Below, in pieces: positions 33,757 to 44,200 of a stretch of DNA of 64,000 nucleotides. A model generated the notes under the pieces. It did no database searches. It was not told the origin of the DNA and saw only the letters and a program-made list of their open reading frames with translations. The position numbers and the translations under genes were made by a program. Positions within the stretch are counted from its first letter, which is position 1. Each line of letters starts with the position of its first letter. Where the stretch lies: positions 310,001 through 374,000 of the IMG/VR virus record IMGVR_UViG_3300047558_000137; one strand, written 5' to 3'.

Positions 33757-34182
33757 ATGGAACACACAGAAGGCGTTGGTGCATTAGTCTATGCACAGTC
33801 AACCAACCGTTACTTATTCTTGTTACGGAATAAAAGCAAACATGCAGGTGTTTGGGGCATCGTGGGCGGCAAAGTTGATGCCGGGGAAACAGTAATACAA
33901 GGGCTTGTTAGAGAAATACAAGAAGAAATCGATCGAGATTTCTCTCATAAGAAATTTATTCCATTAGAAACATTTACTGCCGATAATCAGAAGTTTGTTT
34001 ACTACACATTTCTAGTAAGTGTAGACGATGAGTTTATTCCTAAACTCAATGATGAGCATCGTGGATATTGCTGGGTAGAACTAAATGATCATCCAAAGCC
34101 CTTACATCCGGGCCTTTGGAGAAGTTTTAACTTTGAAATAGTTAAAAAGAAAATTAAGACTTTAGAAAATATTCTTAATTAG
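33757..34182 (+). CDS. NUDIX hydrolase
   Basis: Nudix box GGKVDAGETVIQGLVREIQEEI; LNDEH...W. Confidence 0.9.
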   Translation: MEHTEGVGALVYAQSTNRYLFLLRNKSKHAGVWGIVGGKVDAGETVIQGLVREIQEEIDRDFSHKKFIPLETFTADNQKFVYYTFLVSVDDEFIPKLNDEHRGYCWVELNDHPKPLHPGLWRSFNFEIVKKKIKTLENILN

Positions 34183-34919
34183 CCAATATCAGCTTCAACT
34201 ACAAATTCTCTAGTGTCAATTTGACGGAAGTTTGGTAACGCTTGTAATTCCGTTGGTAACCAATATTCCTTAGTTGGCATAACCCTAACAAAATCAACTG
34301 CTGGGTAAGTTTTTATCACTTCTATTAATGTCATTGCCCAGAATTTTGTATTATCCTGCATTTCTGCAGATGATGCATATCCTCTAGTATCTTTGTATAT
34401 ATTATTTGTCGGTTCAACGCCATGGTTAAAGTCGTAGCCTAGTAAATAAACTTTTGTGTGACCGTCAAAACAAGCTAGATAGGCTGCAATAGCACCAGCA
34501 TTATAAGATGGATTCTGTGGAATTAAATAGAATTTATCAGGATAATCAATGATATGTTGACCATTGGTATAGACAATGTGTGATACACAATATCCTGATT
34601 CGGCAAGTTCTTGCACCATGCTGCTAGTGGCAACTAAAAAATCTGGAGGGAATTCACGATATAATGCATTGCATCCATAACTCTGCAATTTATCAGCACC
34701 AAGAATACCTCCGCGGTGTCTTGCAATAAGATTTAAATCAAACCCTAACCGGCTTTCTCCATTGCCAATACAAACAGCTTGACTAGTGGTGTGAGTGTTA
34801 AAAACTCTGTTTGGAACGTGTTCTGTTACTGGATCCCAGTTATTGTCACTAAGAGTCAAACTAGTAACTACGTTTTCCCCGGCGTATGTTTCGCGATAGA
34901 TTTGTTTTAGTTTATGCAT
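34179..34919 (-). CDS. Hypothetical Rossmann-like protein (possibly GT29/Maf-related)
   Basis: CIGNGESR, YGCNALYR, PDFLVA, VYLLGYD motifs. Confidence 0.5.
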   Translation of the reverse strand: MHKLKQIYRETYAGENVVTSLTLSDNNWDPVTEHVPNRVFNTHTTSQAVCIGNGESRLGFDLNLIARHRGGILGADKLQSYGCNALYREFPPDFLVATSSMVQELAESGYCVSHIVYTNGQHIIDYPDKFYLIPQNPSYNAGAIAAYLACFDGHTKVYLLGYDFNHGVEPTNNIYKDTRGYASSAEMQDNTKFWAMTLIEVIKTYPAVDFVRVMPTKEYWLPTELQALPNFRQIDTREFVVEADIG

Positions 34920-34955
34920 ACCATTATCCTATAGCGTATTTATGGACTTTTTCTA

Positions 34956-36266
34956 TTAGAATCGCCCAACTACTACTTCGATGATTGCAAATTCGTTATC
35001 TGCAACTTCTCCCAATGACTTACCAAGAATACAGCCAGGTTGGTATAAATTTTTGTTTATACGTTCTGCATATTCTGTATATGCGCTTGTTACCAGTACA
35101 TCACCTTTTGTTACAGGGCCGTGTACTTTACAAGGAACACGACCTGTAAATGCCACCGGCATGCCTTTTGCTTCACTATTCATCAAATAAGCAGGATTTG
35201 TAGATATAACACCGGCTACTCTAGTGTCATGGGTTTTATTTGTTGATGTAATTTCTTTTGTACCGCCAAATATTACCACAGTCCCGGGCTCATACACTCG
35301 GTCCGATTCATATATTTCTGCCAAGTCCGCATATTGTGCTGTTGTTGCCTTAGCAAACACGGTGTTAAATGCTGCACCAGTAGCACCAATATTACCGGTG
35401 CCAGTTGTACCACCATTGGCAATAGCAACTGTCTGGTTTTGTATGCCTACAGTAAATACACCTAGGTTATTGAAACTACCAAGTACTGTGCTATTCGATT
35501 CATTGATGTTTGCAACAAAACGTAAAGTAGATGATGCTGCATCAATACCAAAATTTTGATTGTTTGCATAATAAAAGTTTACACCCGGGCTATCTGTAGT
35601 ACCATTGTCAAAGTTAACTTCACCTTGTGCAGTCGCAGACCCTTTTAAGAAGGTACCGGTGCCGTGTTGTGTTTGTCCACCAATGCGTAAGTTACCAGCA
35701 ATACCGGCGCCGCCAGATACAACTAATGCACCGGTTGTTGTGCTTGTGCTAGTAGTTGTGTTAGAAACTGTTAACGAACCAGCTTTTACAGCATCGTAAA
35801 TAATACCTGCATCGGACCAGTTAATTGTAGCCGCCGGCTCTGATTGTACGTTACTAAAGAATGTCCAAGTACCTGTAGAATAATTTCTAACAGCACCATG
35901 GTGAGCGTAGACGTTAGCTGGGCCACCAATACTGTCACTAAACAAACCAGTATCATAGTTCCATGGGTATAGTGTATTGGATACCAAATAGACCATTGGG
36001 TCTGTGATAGTTAACTGTGAAGTAGAAGATGCAATTAAGTTTGCAGTATAGATATTTCCACCAACACGCAAATCGCCGGTGATCCCTGTACCGCCCTGAA
36101 CTACTAAAGCACCTGTGGTTGTACTTGTACTTGTAACTGTTCCGTTGCCGATAACAATATTACCACCTACAGTTCGAGTCCAAGCGTTGTTAGCAGTTGA
36201 ATAGATGTAGGCAATGTTATTAACTGTTACAACTTGATTATTCGTTGGACTTGCCGGGAATGCCAT
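34956..36266 (-). CDS. Fibre-like virion protein with C-terminal ADLAE chaperone-like domain
   Basis: STTTGALVV repeats; YADLAE...VAGVISTNPAYLMN...GRVPCKV...KGDVLV. Confidence 0.7.
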   Translation of the reverse strand: MAFPASPTNNQVVTVNNIAYIYSTANNAWTRTVGGNIVIGNGTVTSTSTTTGALVVQGGTGITGDLRVGGNIYTANLIASSTSQLTITDPMVYLVSNTLYPWNYDTGLFSDSIGGPANVYAHHGAVRNYSTGTWTFFSNVQSEPAATINWSDAGIIYDAVKAGSLTVSNTTTSTSTTTGALVVSGGAGIAGNLRIGGQTQHGTGTFLKGSATAQGEVNFDNGTTDSPGVNFYYANNQNFGIDAASSTLRFVANINESNSTVLGSFNNLGVFTVGIQNQTVAIANGGTTGTGNIGATGAAFNTVFAKATTAQYADLAEIYESDRVYEPGTVVIFGGTKEITSTNKTHDTRVAGVISTNPAYLMNSEAKGMPVAFTGRVPCKVHGPVTKGDVLVTSAYTEYAERINKNLYQPGCILGKSLGEVADNEFAIIEVVVGRF

Positions 36267-36287
36267 TATTTGTTCCTTATGCTATAT

Positions 36288-39047
36288 TTATTGGCCCTGG
36301 AAAGCCGACGTAGGAGGCGTAAAGTTTGCTGTGTATCGTGCAAAACCTTTAGTTATCCTTATGTCATCTAGATATCCACTGAAATAACTAGATGAGGCGT
36401 TAGTATCTCGACCAACATAAAGAGAATATGGAACACTATAATTTCTACTATCTGAGTATGTAGAACCTACCTGTGTACCGTTGACAAACAATTTAGAACT
36501 ACCCGAAGCTCTAGACAACGCTATGTGATACCAAGTTCCTGTGCTAGGAGTTGCGGGACCAGAAATAGCGGCAGCAACAGTCGGTGAAATATAATAGGTA
36601 AAATTACCAGCAACTTGATTCCATAGAATACCCATACGGTCAGTTGCGGCATTTGTAGTAGATAACCAAAGTAGGTCTTGTCTACCCGTGGTACTGTTAA
36701 AGTTGACCCAAAACTCAACAGTAAAGTCTCCAGTTCCAAACGCATACAACGGAGTAGATGCCAAATTAGTAAGATAATCAGTAGTGCCATTGAAACTCAT
36801 ACTGGCAGTGCCAAATTTTGTAGTTGCTGTACTTAATTTTGCACTACCTACTGTTACTATGTCGCCTGAAGCGTGTGCATCAACAATACCACCGTTGGTC
36901 ATATTCATAAGCAGACCGGTTCCTGCCACTGCTGTTAGCGGAGCAGTAGGGGGTGTAAATGCTGCCGTATATAATGCTGTTCCTTTAACTACTCTGGCAT
37001 CAGTGACATAGCCTTGAGTTGAAGTATTTGTTTCGCCCGGCGATAGTCCTAAATTAAATGTGCCAGTATTACTAAACGAAGACGAATTAGTGTAGGTATA
37101 AGTTTGAGTACCATTTAAGAATATCCTATTAGTAGATCCACTACGGCTAAATGCAAAGTGATACCATTGCCCTGCTGTAATACCAGATGCAACAGTAGTA
37201 GCATTGATAATATCCCAACTACCATTGTTAGAACTAGAATACATTGTAATAGTAGTGGTCCCGCCACTAGCTGCACCAGTCCAGAACAGATACGGAACGT
37301 ATGGGGTAGTGCTGCTACGTTGTGTAAAAATAATCTGCTGACTGTTTGTTAAACTTGTGAGATAAAACCAAGCTTCAACAGTAAAATCTCCCGGTAATGT
37401 TGCCCAAGCAGCGTTATTAGCCACTGAAGTGTAGTCAGTGCCAGCGCCGTTATAATATGCACTGCCACCATTAGTTGCAGGTGCATAAGAGTTTGCGGGT
37501 GCAAATGGACTAAATGCCTGTGCCGAAATACTACCAGTTGGAGTAATTGCAAAATTGTTTGTTGAATTATCTATTAATCTATTAGATTGTAGCCCTAAGA
37601 ACACTGTGTTTGCAATTGCCGTTAATGGCCCAGTTGGCGGAGTAAAGTTGGCTGTTACGGTGTTCGAGCCACTGTATAGAGCCGTTCCCCTAACAATACG
37701 AAAATTAGATATGGATCCTCCGCTAAATGGGTAGCCTGTACTATAGTATGCCCCAATAGACAAATAAGTTGTAGATGTATAGTTGGTAGTGTCGGCTGCA
37801 GAATATATCTGAATACCGTTGATATAGGTCTTAAAGGTGCTACCCGATTTAACCATTGCAAAATGATACCACTGATTTATTGCAGGGGTGGTGCCAATCC
37901 CACTGGGATCACCACTATTTCCTTGAAAAAGGTGCCATAAATTATTATACGTTGACAATGCTACTGCATTAGTAGAGTTACTTGGTAGATATCCACCAGA
38001 TGATATTTGAAAGATACCATTATTGCTACCTATAACACTAAACATTACCCAGCCTTCTATTGTAAAATCTCCCGCTCCGAGCCCGCCGGTTATAGATGCA
38101 TTTAAGTATGATGTAGTAGAAGGAGTATAATATTGACTCCATCCTGTGGCACTGAATGGACTAAATGTTCCTTGTGTTGCACTTCCTGCACGAGTAACTG
38201 TTAAGTTATTTGTGCTACTATCTAAGAAAGTATTGTTAGTTGCAGCATTGGCAGTATTATTACCAGTGTCGCCGTTTAACAAAAGTGTGGTATAATTAAA
38301 CTGTGGGTCAGATACTGCAACAGTCCAAGTAATAGTTTGCTGTGTAGCCTGCCCTTCTTGGTCAGTTGCAATAAGAACAATTGTACCTGTTGTATTTGCA
38401 ACATATCCTGTTGGTGTACCGCTTAAATAACCGGCACTTACTAAGCTGATTCCAGTGGGCAATGTACTACCTGCCTGTAGTGTATACGTTAACGTGCTAT
38501 CACTTGATGCTACCAATGAAACGTTACCTGCTGCCCCGTTTTGAAAACTTACTGCGGCTGTGGTCCAACTCGGAACACCAGAATACCGTACACCGTTTGT
38601 GGTAATTGTTCCAACGTTGGTTGGCGAAAAAATCATCAAATTAACGTTACCTGCACTTGCTGCGGGACAAATAGCACGTATCTGAGATGAGCTAATAAAT
38701 GTGTTTGATACCAGAGTATTATTAATATAGACATTACTATTGGCAACAAAGTTAGTGCCATTAATTAATATATTTCCGCCTGCTGTGCTCACCGCAATAT
38801 AGCCAACAATAACAGCATTGTTAGAGTCTAAATACTGAACGTTAGCAATAGTTGGGCCACTTGCAACTGTAACCGTTGAAACTGAAGCACTAGTGCCCGG
38901 AGCCACTACTCCCAAATTAATTGTTGACGAAGCATTTATCTTAGCTCCAGACACCGAAATACCAGTAGGCGTGTAGATATCTACTGTTTGCCCACTAATA
39001 GCACTAGCAGCCTGTGTTCTACGTGTACTAGATGCTCGAACACCCAT
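36288..39047 (-). CDS. Virion protein with Ig/IPT-like and three LamG (ConA-like) domains
   Basis: Three GDFT(I/V)E.W...WYH.A...NG repeats ending in YLDDIRITKG.ARY. Confidence 0.8.
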   Translation of the reverse strand: MGVRASSTRRTQAASAISGQTVDIYTPTGISVSGAKINASSTINLGVVAPGTSASVSTVTVASGPTIANVQYLDSNNAVIVGYIAVSTAGGNILINGTNFVANSNVYINNTLVSNTFISSSQIRAICPAASAGNVNLMIFSPTNVGTITTNGVRYSGVPSWTTAAVSFQNGAAGNVSLVASSDSTLTYTLQAGSTLPTGISLVSAGYLSGTPTGYVANTTGTIVLIATDQEGQATQQTITWTVAVSDPQFNYTTLLLNGDTGNNTANAATNNTFLDSSTNNLTVTRAGSATQGTFSPFSATGWSQYYTPSTTSYLNASITGGLGAGDFTIEGWVMFSVIGSNNGIFQISSGGYLPSNSTNAVALSTYNNLWHLFQGNSGDPSGIGTTPAINQWYHFAMVKSGSTFKTYINGIQIYSAADTTNYTSTTYLSIGAYYSTGYPFSGGSISNFRIVRGTALYSGSNTVTANFTPPTGPLTAIANTVFLGLQSNRLIDNSTNNFAITPTGSISAQAFSPFAPANSYAPATNGGSAYYNGAGTDYTSVANNAAWATLPGDFTVEAWFYLTSLTNSQQIIFTQRSSTTPYVPYLFWTGAASGGTTTITMYSSSNNGSWDIINATTVASGITAGQWYHFAFSRSGSTNRIFLNGTQTYTYTNSSSFSNTGTFNLGLSPGETNTSTQGYVTDARVVKGTALYTAAFTPPTAPLTAVAGTGLLMNMTNGGIVDAHASGDIVTVGSAKLSTATTKFGTASMSFNGTTDYLTNLASTPLYAFGTGDFTVEFWVNFNSTTGRQDLLWLSTTNAATDRMGILWNQVAGNFTYYISPTVAAAISGPATPSTGTWYHIALSRASGSSKLFVNGTQVGSTYSDSRNYSVPYSLYVGRDTNASSSYFSGYLDDIRITKGFARYTANFTPPTSAFQGQ

Positions 39048-39376
39048 TATGACAACTCGCTTCCAAATGCACTTATTGATACATTACCAATACCAGCGTT
39101 TGCACTCAATACATCAGTATTACCTAGAGTCATACCAATGGTCAGCGTAATTGTATCGTTGCCTGGCAAAGGAGTATTGTAGTTAATATAGTGTTTGCTT
39201 GAGATAGCAGCATTTCCTGGCTGTACTGCTATACTAAATGTTGTTGCGTTGGCGCTTTGATTACATACTGCAATGGTACTAATCACTGTTTGTGTTGCCG
39301 CGGGTACTGTATATACCGTAGTTAATATGTTTGCCGTTGGGTTAATCTGTCCCAGTACTTTATATGTTGTTGCCAT
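39047..39376 (-). CDS. Small virion structural protein
   Basis: MATTYKVLGQ...YTVPA...ISAFGSE; TAATG-coupled. Confidence 0.7.
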   Translation of the reverse strand: MATTYKVLGQINPTANILTTVYTVPAATQTVISTIAVCNQSANATTFSIAVQPGNAAISSKHYINYNTPLPGNDTITLTIGMTLGNTDVLSANAGIGNVSISAFGSELS

Positions 39377-39384
39377 TTTCTTCC

Positions 39385-40089
39385 TTATGTCCCCATTAAC
39401 AAGAATGGGCTAAGTACATCCCCGCCGGGTATAGTAACTGTTCCGCTACTTATAGTTGGGCTTGTTATATCAACCCAAAAACTACCAGTACTAACGTTTT
39501 GATATTCATACAAAATATCACCTGTTGTGTAATACCATTGATCTCCGGTCTTTGGACTTGTTGGTGCTGTTGTTGATGCAGTATATGTAATGCCACTGCC
39601 GCCGCCACTGCCACTACTATAAGGACTGCCGTTAGCCCAATATACGCCACTGGTAGTCACTAGATTAGCAACTGTAGTAGTTGTGCCTGCTGTGTTAGCA
39701 TATATGTTACCACCAAACGTTACTGTATTAACATTGGCGGCTAAGTTAGCTAACATCTGAACGTTACCATAGCTACTGCTTACAAACGGAGTACCATTTG
39801 CAAAATAGAAAGCATTGGCACTGATATTTCCCACAGTGACGTTTGCGTAGCTAGTTGCTGATACATTAGTATTAGTTACGCCGGCATTGTTTGTATAGGC
39901 TACAACCATGCTTTGAGCACTCTCGCTCCAGTATAGTGCTACATTGCTAACTAGACCATTTGCTCGATTAAACAAGAATCCAACGTCGACGTTGGCACTG
40001 GTTGCACCTTGATGCAGAACTGTAATTGGGTCAGTAAATCCAATTATACTTGTGTCAATATCCTTAATTTTTGGTCTTGTTAATGCCAT
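39385..40089 (-). CDS. Fibre-associated virion protein
   Basis: Thr/Asn-rich; PTSPKTGDQWY; ends SPFLLMG. Confidence 0.65.
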   Translation of the reverse strand: MALTRPKIKDIDTSIIGFTDPITVLHQGATSANVDVGFLFNRANGLVSNVALYWSESAQSMVVAYTNNAGVTNTNVSATSYANVTVGNISANAFYFANGTPFVSSSYGNVQMLANLAANVNTVTFGGNIYANTAGTTTTVANLVTTSGVYWANGSPYSSGSGGGSGITYTASTTAPTSPKTGDQWYYTTGDILYEYQNVSTGSFWVDITSPTISSGTVTIPGGDVLSPFLLMGT

Positions 40090-40119
40090 AGCTTATCCAC
40101 TAATACTCAGTATTTAGTT

Positions 40120-40143
40120 AAAAAGAAAAGGGCCGAAGCCCTT
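40120..40143 (-). terminator. Intrinsic terminator
   Basis: AAGGGC-UUCG-GCCCUU plus U run. Confidence 0.8.
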
Positions 40144-40163
40144 CATCTTTTAGTATGAGTTGT

Positions 40164-41258
40164 TTATACTCTTCCGATAACTACTTCGATTTGGCCTTTT
40201 GCGCCACCAAAATCTGCAAGTGCTTTACCGATAACTTGTCCAATTTGGGCATTGTTATTTGTTTTAGCGTAACCAAATCCTGCACTAACCATTAAGTCAC
40301 CTTTGGCAACTGGGCCAATTACATTACATGGTACACGACCTGTTAGAGCCAATGGAACTACGTTTGTACCTTGTAAGCCACCATTCATCAAGTGAGCAGG
40401 GTTTGTAGATACAACACCAGCTACTCGCTTTGTATCCGGTGTTGCTAATGTAACTTCTGCTGTACCGCCAAATTCAAGTACCTGTCCTGCGGCATATTGA
40501 GCATCAGCTTGATAGTTTTCTGCCAAGTCAGCATATTTGGCCTGGGTAGCAATACCATAGAATGTATTCCACCAAGTAGTAGATGATCCTAAGTTATAGG
40601 TTACGTTAGCACCAGGTAAAATGTGTCCTGCTTTAATTGTGTCCCAAACTAAACCTGCGTCAGACCAGTTAACTGTGCCTGTTGGTTCACTTGCCACGTT
40701 GCTAAAAAAGTTCCAGGTATTACTAGAGAAAGCTCGTACAACACCAGTGTGTTGGTAAATGTTTGACCCACCGCCAACAAAGTGACTGTACATACCAATA
40801 TCAAAGTTATATGGATATGCGTTGGCTGCTAAGTAAACCAATGGTGCAGTAACGTTTAATTGAGAAGAACTTACAGTGTTCAAACTTGCTGCATATAAGT
40901 TGCCGCCAACACGCAAATCACCCCCAATACCTGCACCGCCGGCAACTACTAAAGCACCTGTAGTGGTACTTGATGTTGCTGTTGTTGATGCTGCTACAAC
41001 GTTACCTGATACTGTTGCTATACCACCTATGTTTACTGCTCCGGATACACCAGCACCACCAACTACTACTAAAGCACCTGTAGTTGTACTCGAACTGGTT
41101 GTGCCCGATCCTGCTACTAAGTTTGCTGATCCAATTACTGTTGGACTTGTACTAGTAGAAGTTATCGGGCCTGATGTACTTAAACTGCCATCTGTTGCGC
41201 TAATTGTCAACGCACCTACTTGAAGTCCGTTTTGTACTACGAAATTACCATTTGCCAT
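40164..41258 (-). CDS. Fibre-like virion protein with C-terminal ADLAE domain
   Basis: Paralog of 34956-36266; YADLAENY...VAGVVSTNPAHLMN...GRVPC. Confidence 0.7.
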   Translation of the reverse strand: MANGNFVVQNGLQVGALTISATDGSLSTSGPITSTSTSPTVIGSANLVAGSGTTSSSTTTGALVVVGGAGVSGAVNIGGIATVSGNVVAASTTATSSTTTGALVVAGGAGIGGDLRVGGNLYAASLNTVSSSQLNVTAPLVYLAANAYPYNFDIGMYSHFVGGGSNIYQHTGVVRAFSSNTWNFFSNVASEPTGTVNWSDAGLVWDTIKAGHILPGANVTYNLGSSTTWWNTFYGIATQAKYADLAENYQADAQYAAGQVLEFGGTAEVTLATPDTKRVAGVVSTNPAHLMNGGLQGTNVVPLALTGRVPCNVIGPVAKGDLMVSAGFGYAKTNNNAQIGQVIGKALADFGGAKGQIEVVIGRV

Positions 41259-41297
41259 TTTTTATTTTCCTTCGGTTCCATATTCCCCGTTAAAGGT

Positions 41298-44200
41298 TTA
41301 GATTGCTATATAATCTTTCTGGATTCTTACTGTGTTAGTTGCATTAGTTGCAATAAAGCTCAACGTTGTTGTTGACCCAGATTGCGATGCAGCAACTACA
41401 CCTAAGTTTCCGCTTGTCTGTACCACAGCGTATGTTACTTGTGTGGCTGTTGTTCCGTCTGTTACAACTAGAACTTCTTGTGCTTGATAGTTTGCACCAT
41501 TCTTAACTTGAATAATGTACTTAGCAGTTCTATAACTGTTGCTGCTAAAGCTGTCAAGTGTAGTTACGGTATTTGCACTAGCAACACTTACGTTGGCTAT
41601 AGCACTAACTTGTCCACCTGTGGTATCCCAGTACGTTGTTGCTGTAGTACTAGAACTACCTGTGTATACGTATGCACCATTGTTATCAACTTGGAACTGC
41701 ATGTAACCGTTAACACTAGCAATACCAGTCACGGTTTGTGTAGTTGTTAATCTACGTACATCGATTGTGTCACCTATTGATGGAGCTTCTGTAAATGTTA
41801 ATGTTGCACCACTTACACTATATGCAACAGTAGGTTGTTGTAACACACCGTTGATTGCAACCATAACTGCGGCAGTAGTAGAACTACCTGCCATAGTAAA
41901 GGCCACTGTGCTACCATCGCCTGTAAATGTATCAACTGCAATAACAGTAAACTGACTACTTACCAAGTTCCATCCAGGGGTAGATCCACCGTAGTATTCG
42001 ATTGCACCTAGTGTAGTGTTATAACGGAACATACCAACTGTATCTGTTCCGCCGGCACTACCAGGACGCTGAGCACTTGTACCTGTTGGTAGCAAGATTG
42101 AGTCTGTTGTGTTGATCTGTAATTTTGCACCAGTTACAAACGTACTTGCTGTTGCACTGTTACCGATTAAAACTTGATCGTAAGTTGCGCTTGGACGAGC
42201 CCATAACAGCGTAGTATCGTTCTTACCTCGGATAATAGTATCGTACCCAGCAGTTTGACTGCCGTTTAGTACGGTTGCACCACCGTGATATGTGTTACCA
42301 CTTATACTTGTGCCACCCCATACTTGGAACGCACCAGTATTGGCTGTATTAGTATTGTTTGTTGGCAATTTAACAACAAATGTACCACTGTTGCTTGAGT
42401 TGCCATGGAAACGTGCAACTTCTGCGTTGGCGTGGAATGATCCGGAACCAATTACAATGTCTTTGTAACTACCAAAATCACTAGTACTAATTACTAAGTT
42501 GCCGCCATATGAATTATCAGTTGGCTTAGTAAACAAATAACCATCATGTGGTTTAGTAATTGTATAGTTGCCGTCGTTAAATCCAGAACCAGCAACACCC
42601 ATGTCAACCCAACCACCGGCGTCTGTACCAATGTCAGAGTAGGCAGCATAGTCTGAAGAACCATAACTGTTAGTGTTCTTTAATGCAATTTGAGCATAGT
42701 TAACACCGTTGTCTGTTGCAATAATTGTTGGAGTGCCAACATTTACGTTATAAGAAGCAGAACCAATGTATAGGTTGTTACCAATGTATGCGTTACCTGC
42801 AATGCTTGCACCACCAGCAGATACAACTAATGCACCAATACCAATACCAGTGTTCTCTGTTGCACTTGCGGCAACTAGGTTACCATTGAATACGCCAGTC
42901 TGCGTGAATGTTGCAGCTTGAGCTACACTTAATGTAGAATTTAATGTAGTTGTACCAGTAACTGTTAGAGTATTACCTACTAATACTTCTTTACCAGTAA
43001 CAATGTTACCGCTAACACCGATGCCACCTTTAACAACTAATGCACCTGTTGTATCACTGGTACTAGCTGTTCCGCTGACTGCAACAATATTGCCACCGGA
43101 GATAAATGTACCGCTTGATGTTAATGTAGTAAATGCACCAGATTCTGGAGTAACGTTACCAATTACACCTTGGATACCACCACCAACGTTTAACGCACCA
43201 GCAATTCCGGTGCCACCTGATACTACTAACGCACCCGATGAAGTACTTGTTGATACTGTTGTGTTGGCTGCTATAAATTGGCCAGTTTTTATTGTACCAT
43301 ATGTGCCGGTGATAATGTTACCATTTTCACCAGTTACTGGACTAACAAATTCATACCATTCAAAGTGGCCAGTGTCTGCTGTACGACCAAAGAACGCAGA
43401 TGACTCATCACTGATTGCCGGATTCCAGAAATGCACTCTCATACCAGAATCAAAGAATTTCACATTGCTGGCTATGGCTGCGCCGTTGGCTCCAGTATTC
43501 AATTCAATAATCGGATCTTGAATTGTTACCTTTGTACTATTAATATGCGTACCCACGCCATTGACATATAAGTTACCACCGATTACTGCTGTGCCGCCAG
43601 CATTAATTGCACCAGATACACCAATGCCACCTGATACTACTAGGGCACCTGTTGTAGTGCCACCGCTAGCTGTGCCGCTGGCTGCAACAATGTTACCGCC
43701 TGTTTGTAAAACACCGCCGATGCCAACACCACCTGTTACTACTAATGCACCTGTAGTTGTGCTTGTGCTTGCAGTGCTGTTACTAAATGATGCGCCTGTA
43801 CCAATTAATTGTTTGTTTAGGTTCCAACTGTCTGTTGCAGAAGTATATAACAATGTAGCACTTGCGCCATCAACTGTTAGCCCTGCGCCGTTTGCAGCGG
43901 CAGCACTCGCTGCACCTTTGGCTACTGTAATATTCAAGTCCGTTACATCAAGTGTAGTAGATTGAATAGCAGTCATTGTACCTTGAACTGTTAGGTTACC
44001 TGCAATAATTGCATTGCCACCGACGTTCAAGTTTTTAGTAATGCCAGCACCACCGGAAACAATTAATGCACCATTGGAACTAGTAGTCGATTCAGTTGCG
44101 TTAGTTACTGAGGCTACGCCTCCTACATTAATTGCACCGGATATGCCTGCCCCGCCAACTACTACTAAAGCGCCTGTAGTTGTGTTTGTACTTGCCGTAC

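Noticed and set aside
34956-41258. Diversity-generating retroelement template/variable repeat pair
   Set aside because: The similar ADLAE ends are both coding paralogs differing at all base types, and no reverse transcriptase is in the window.
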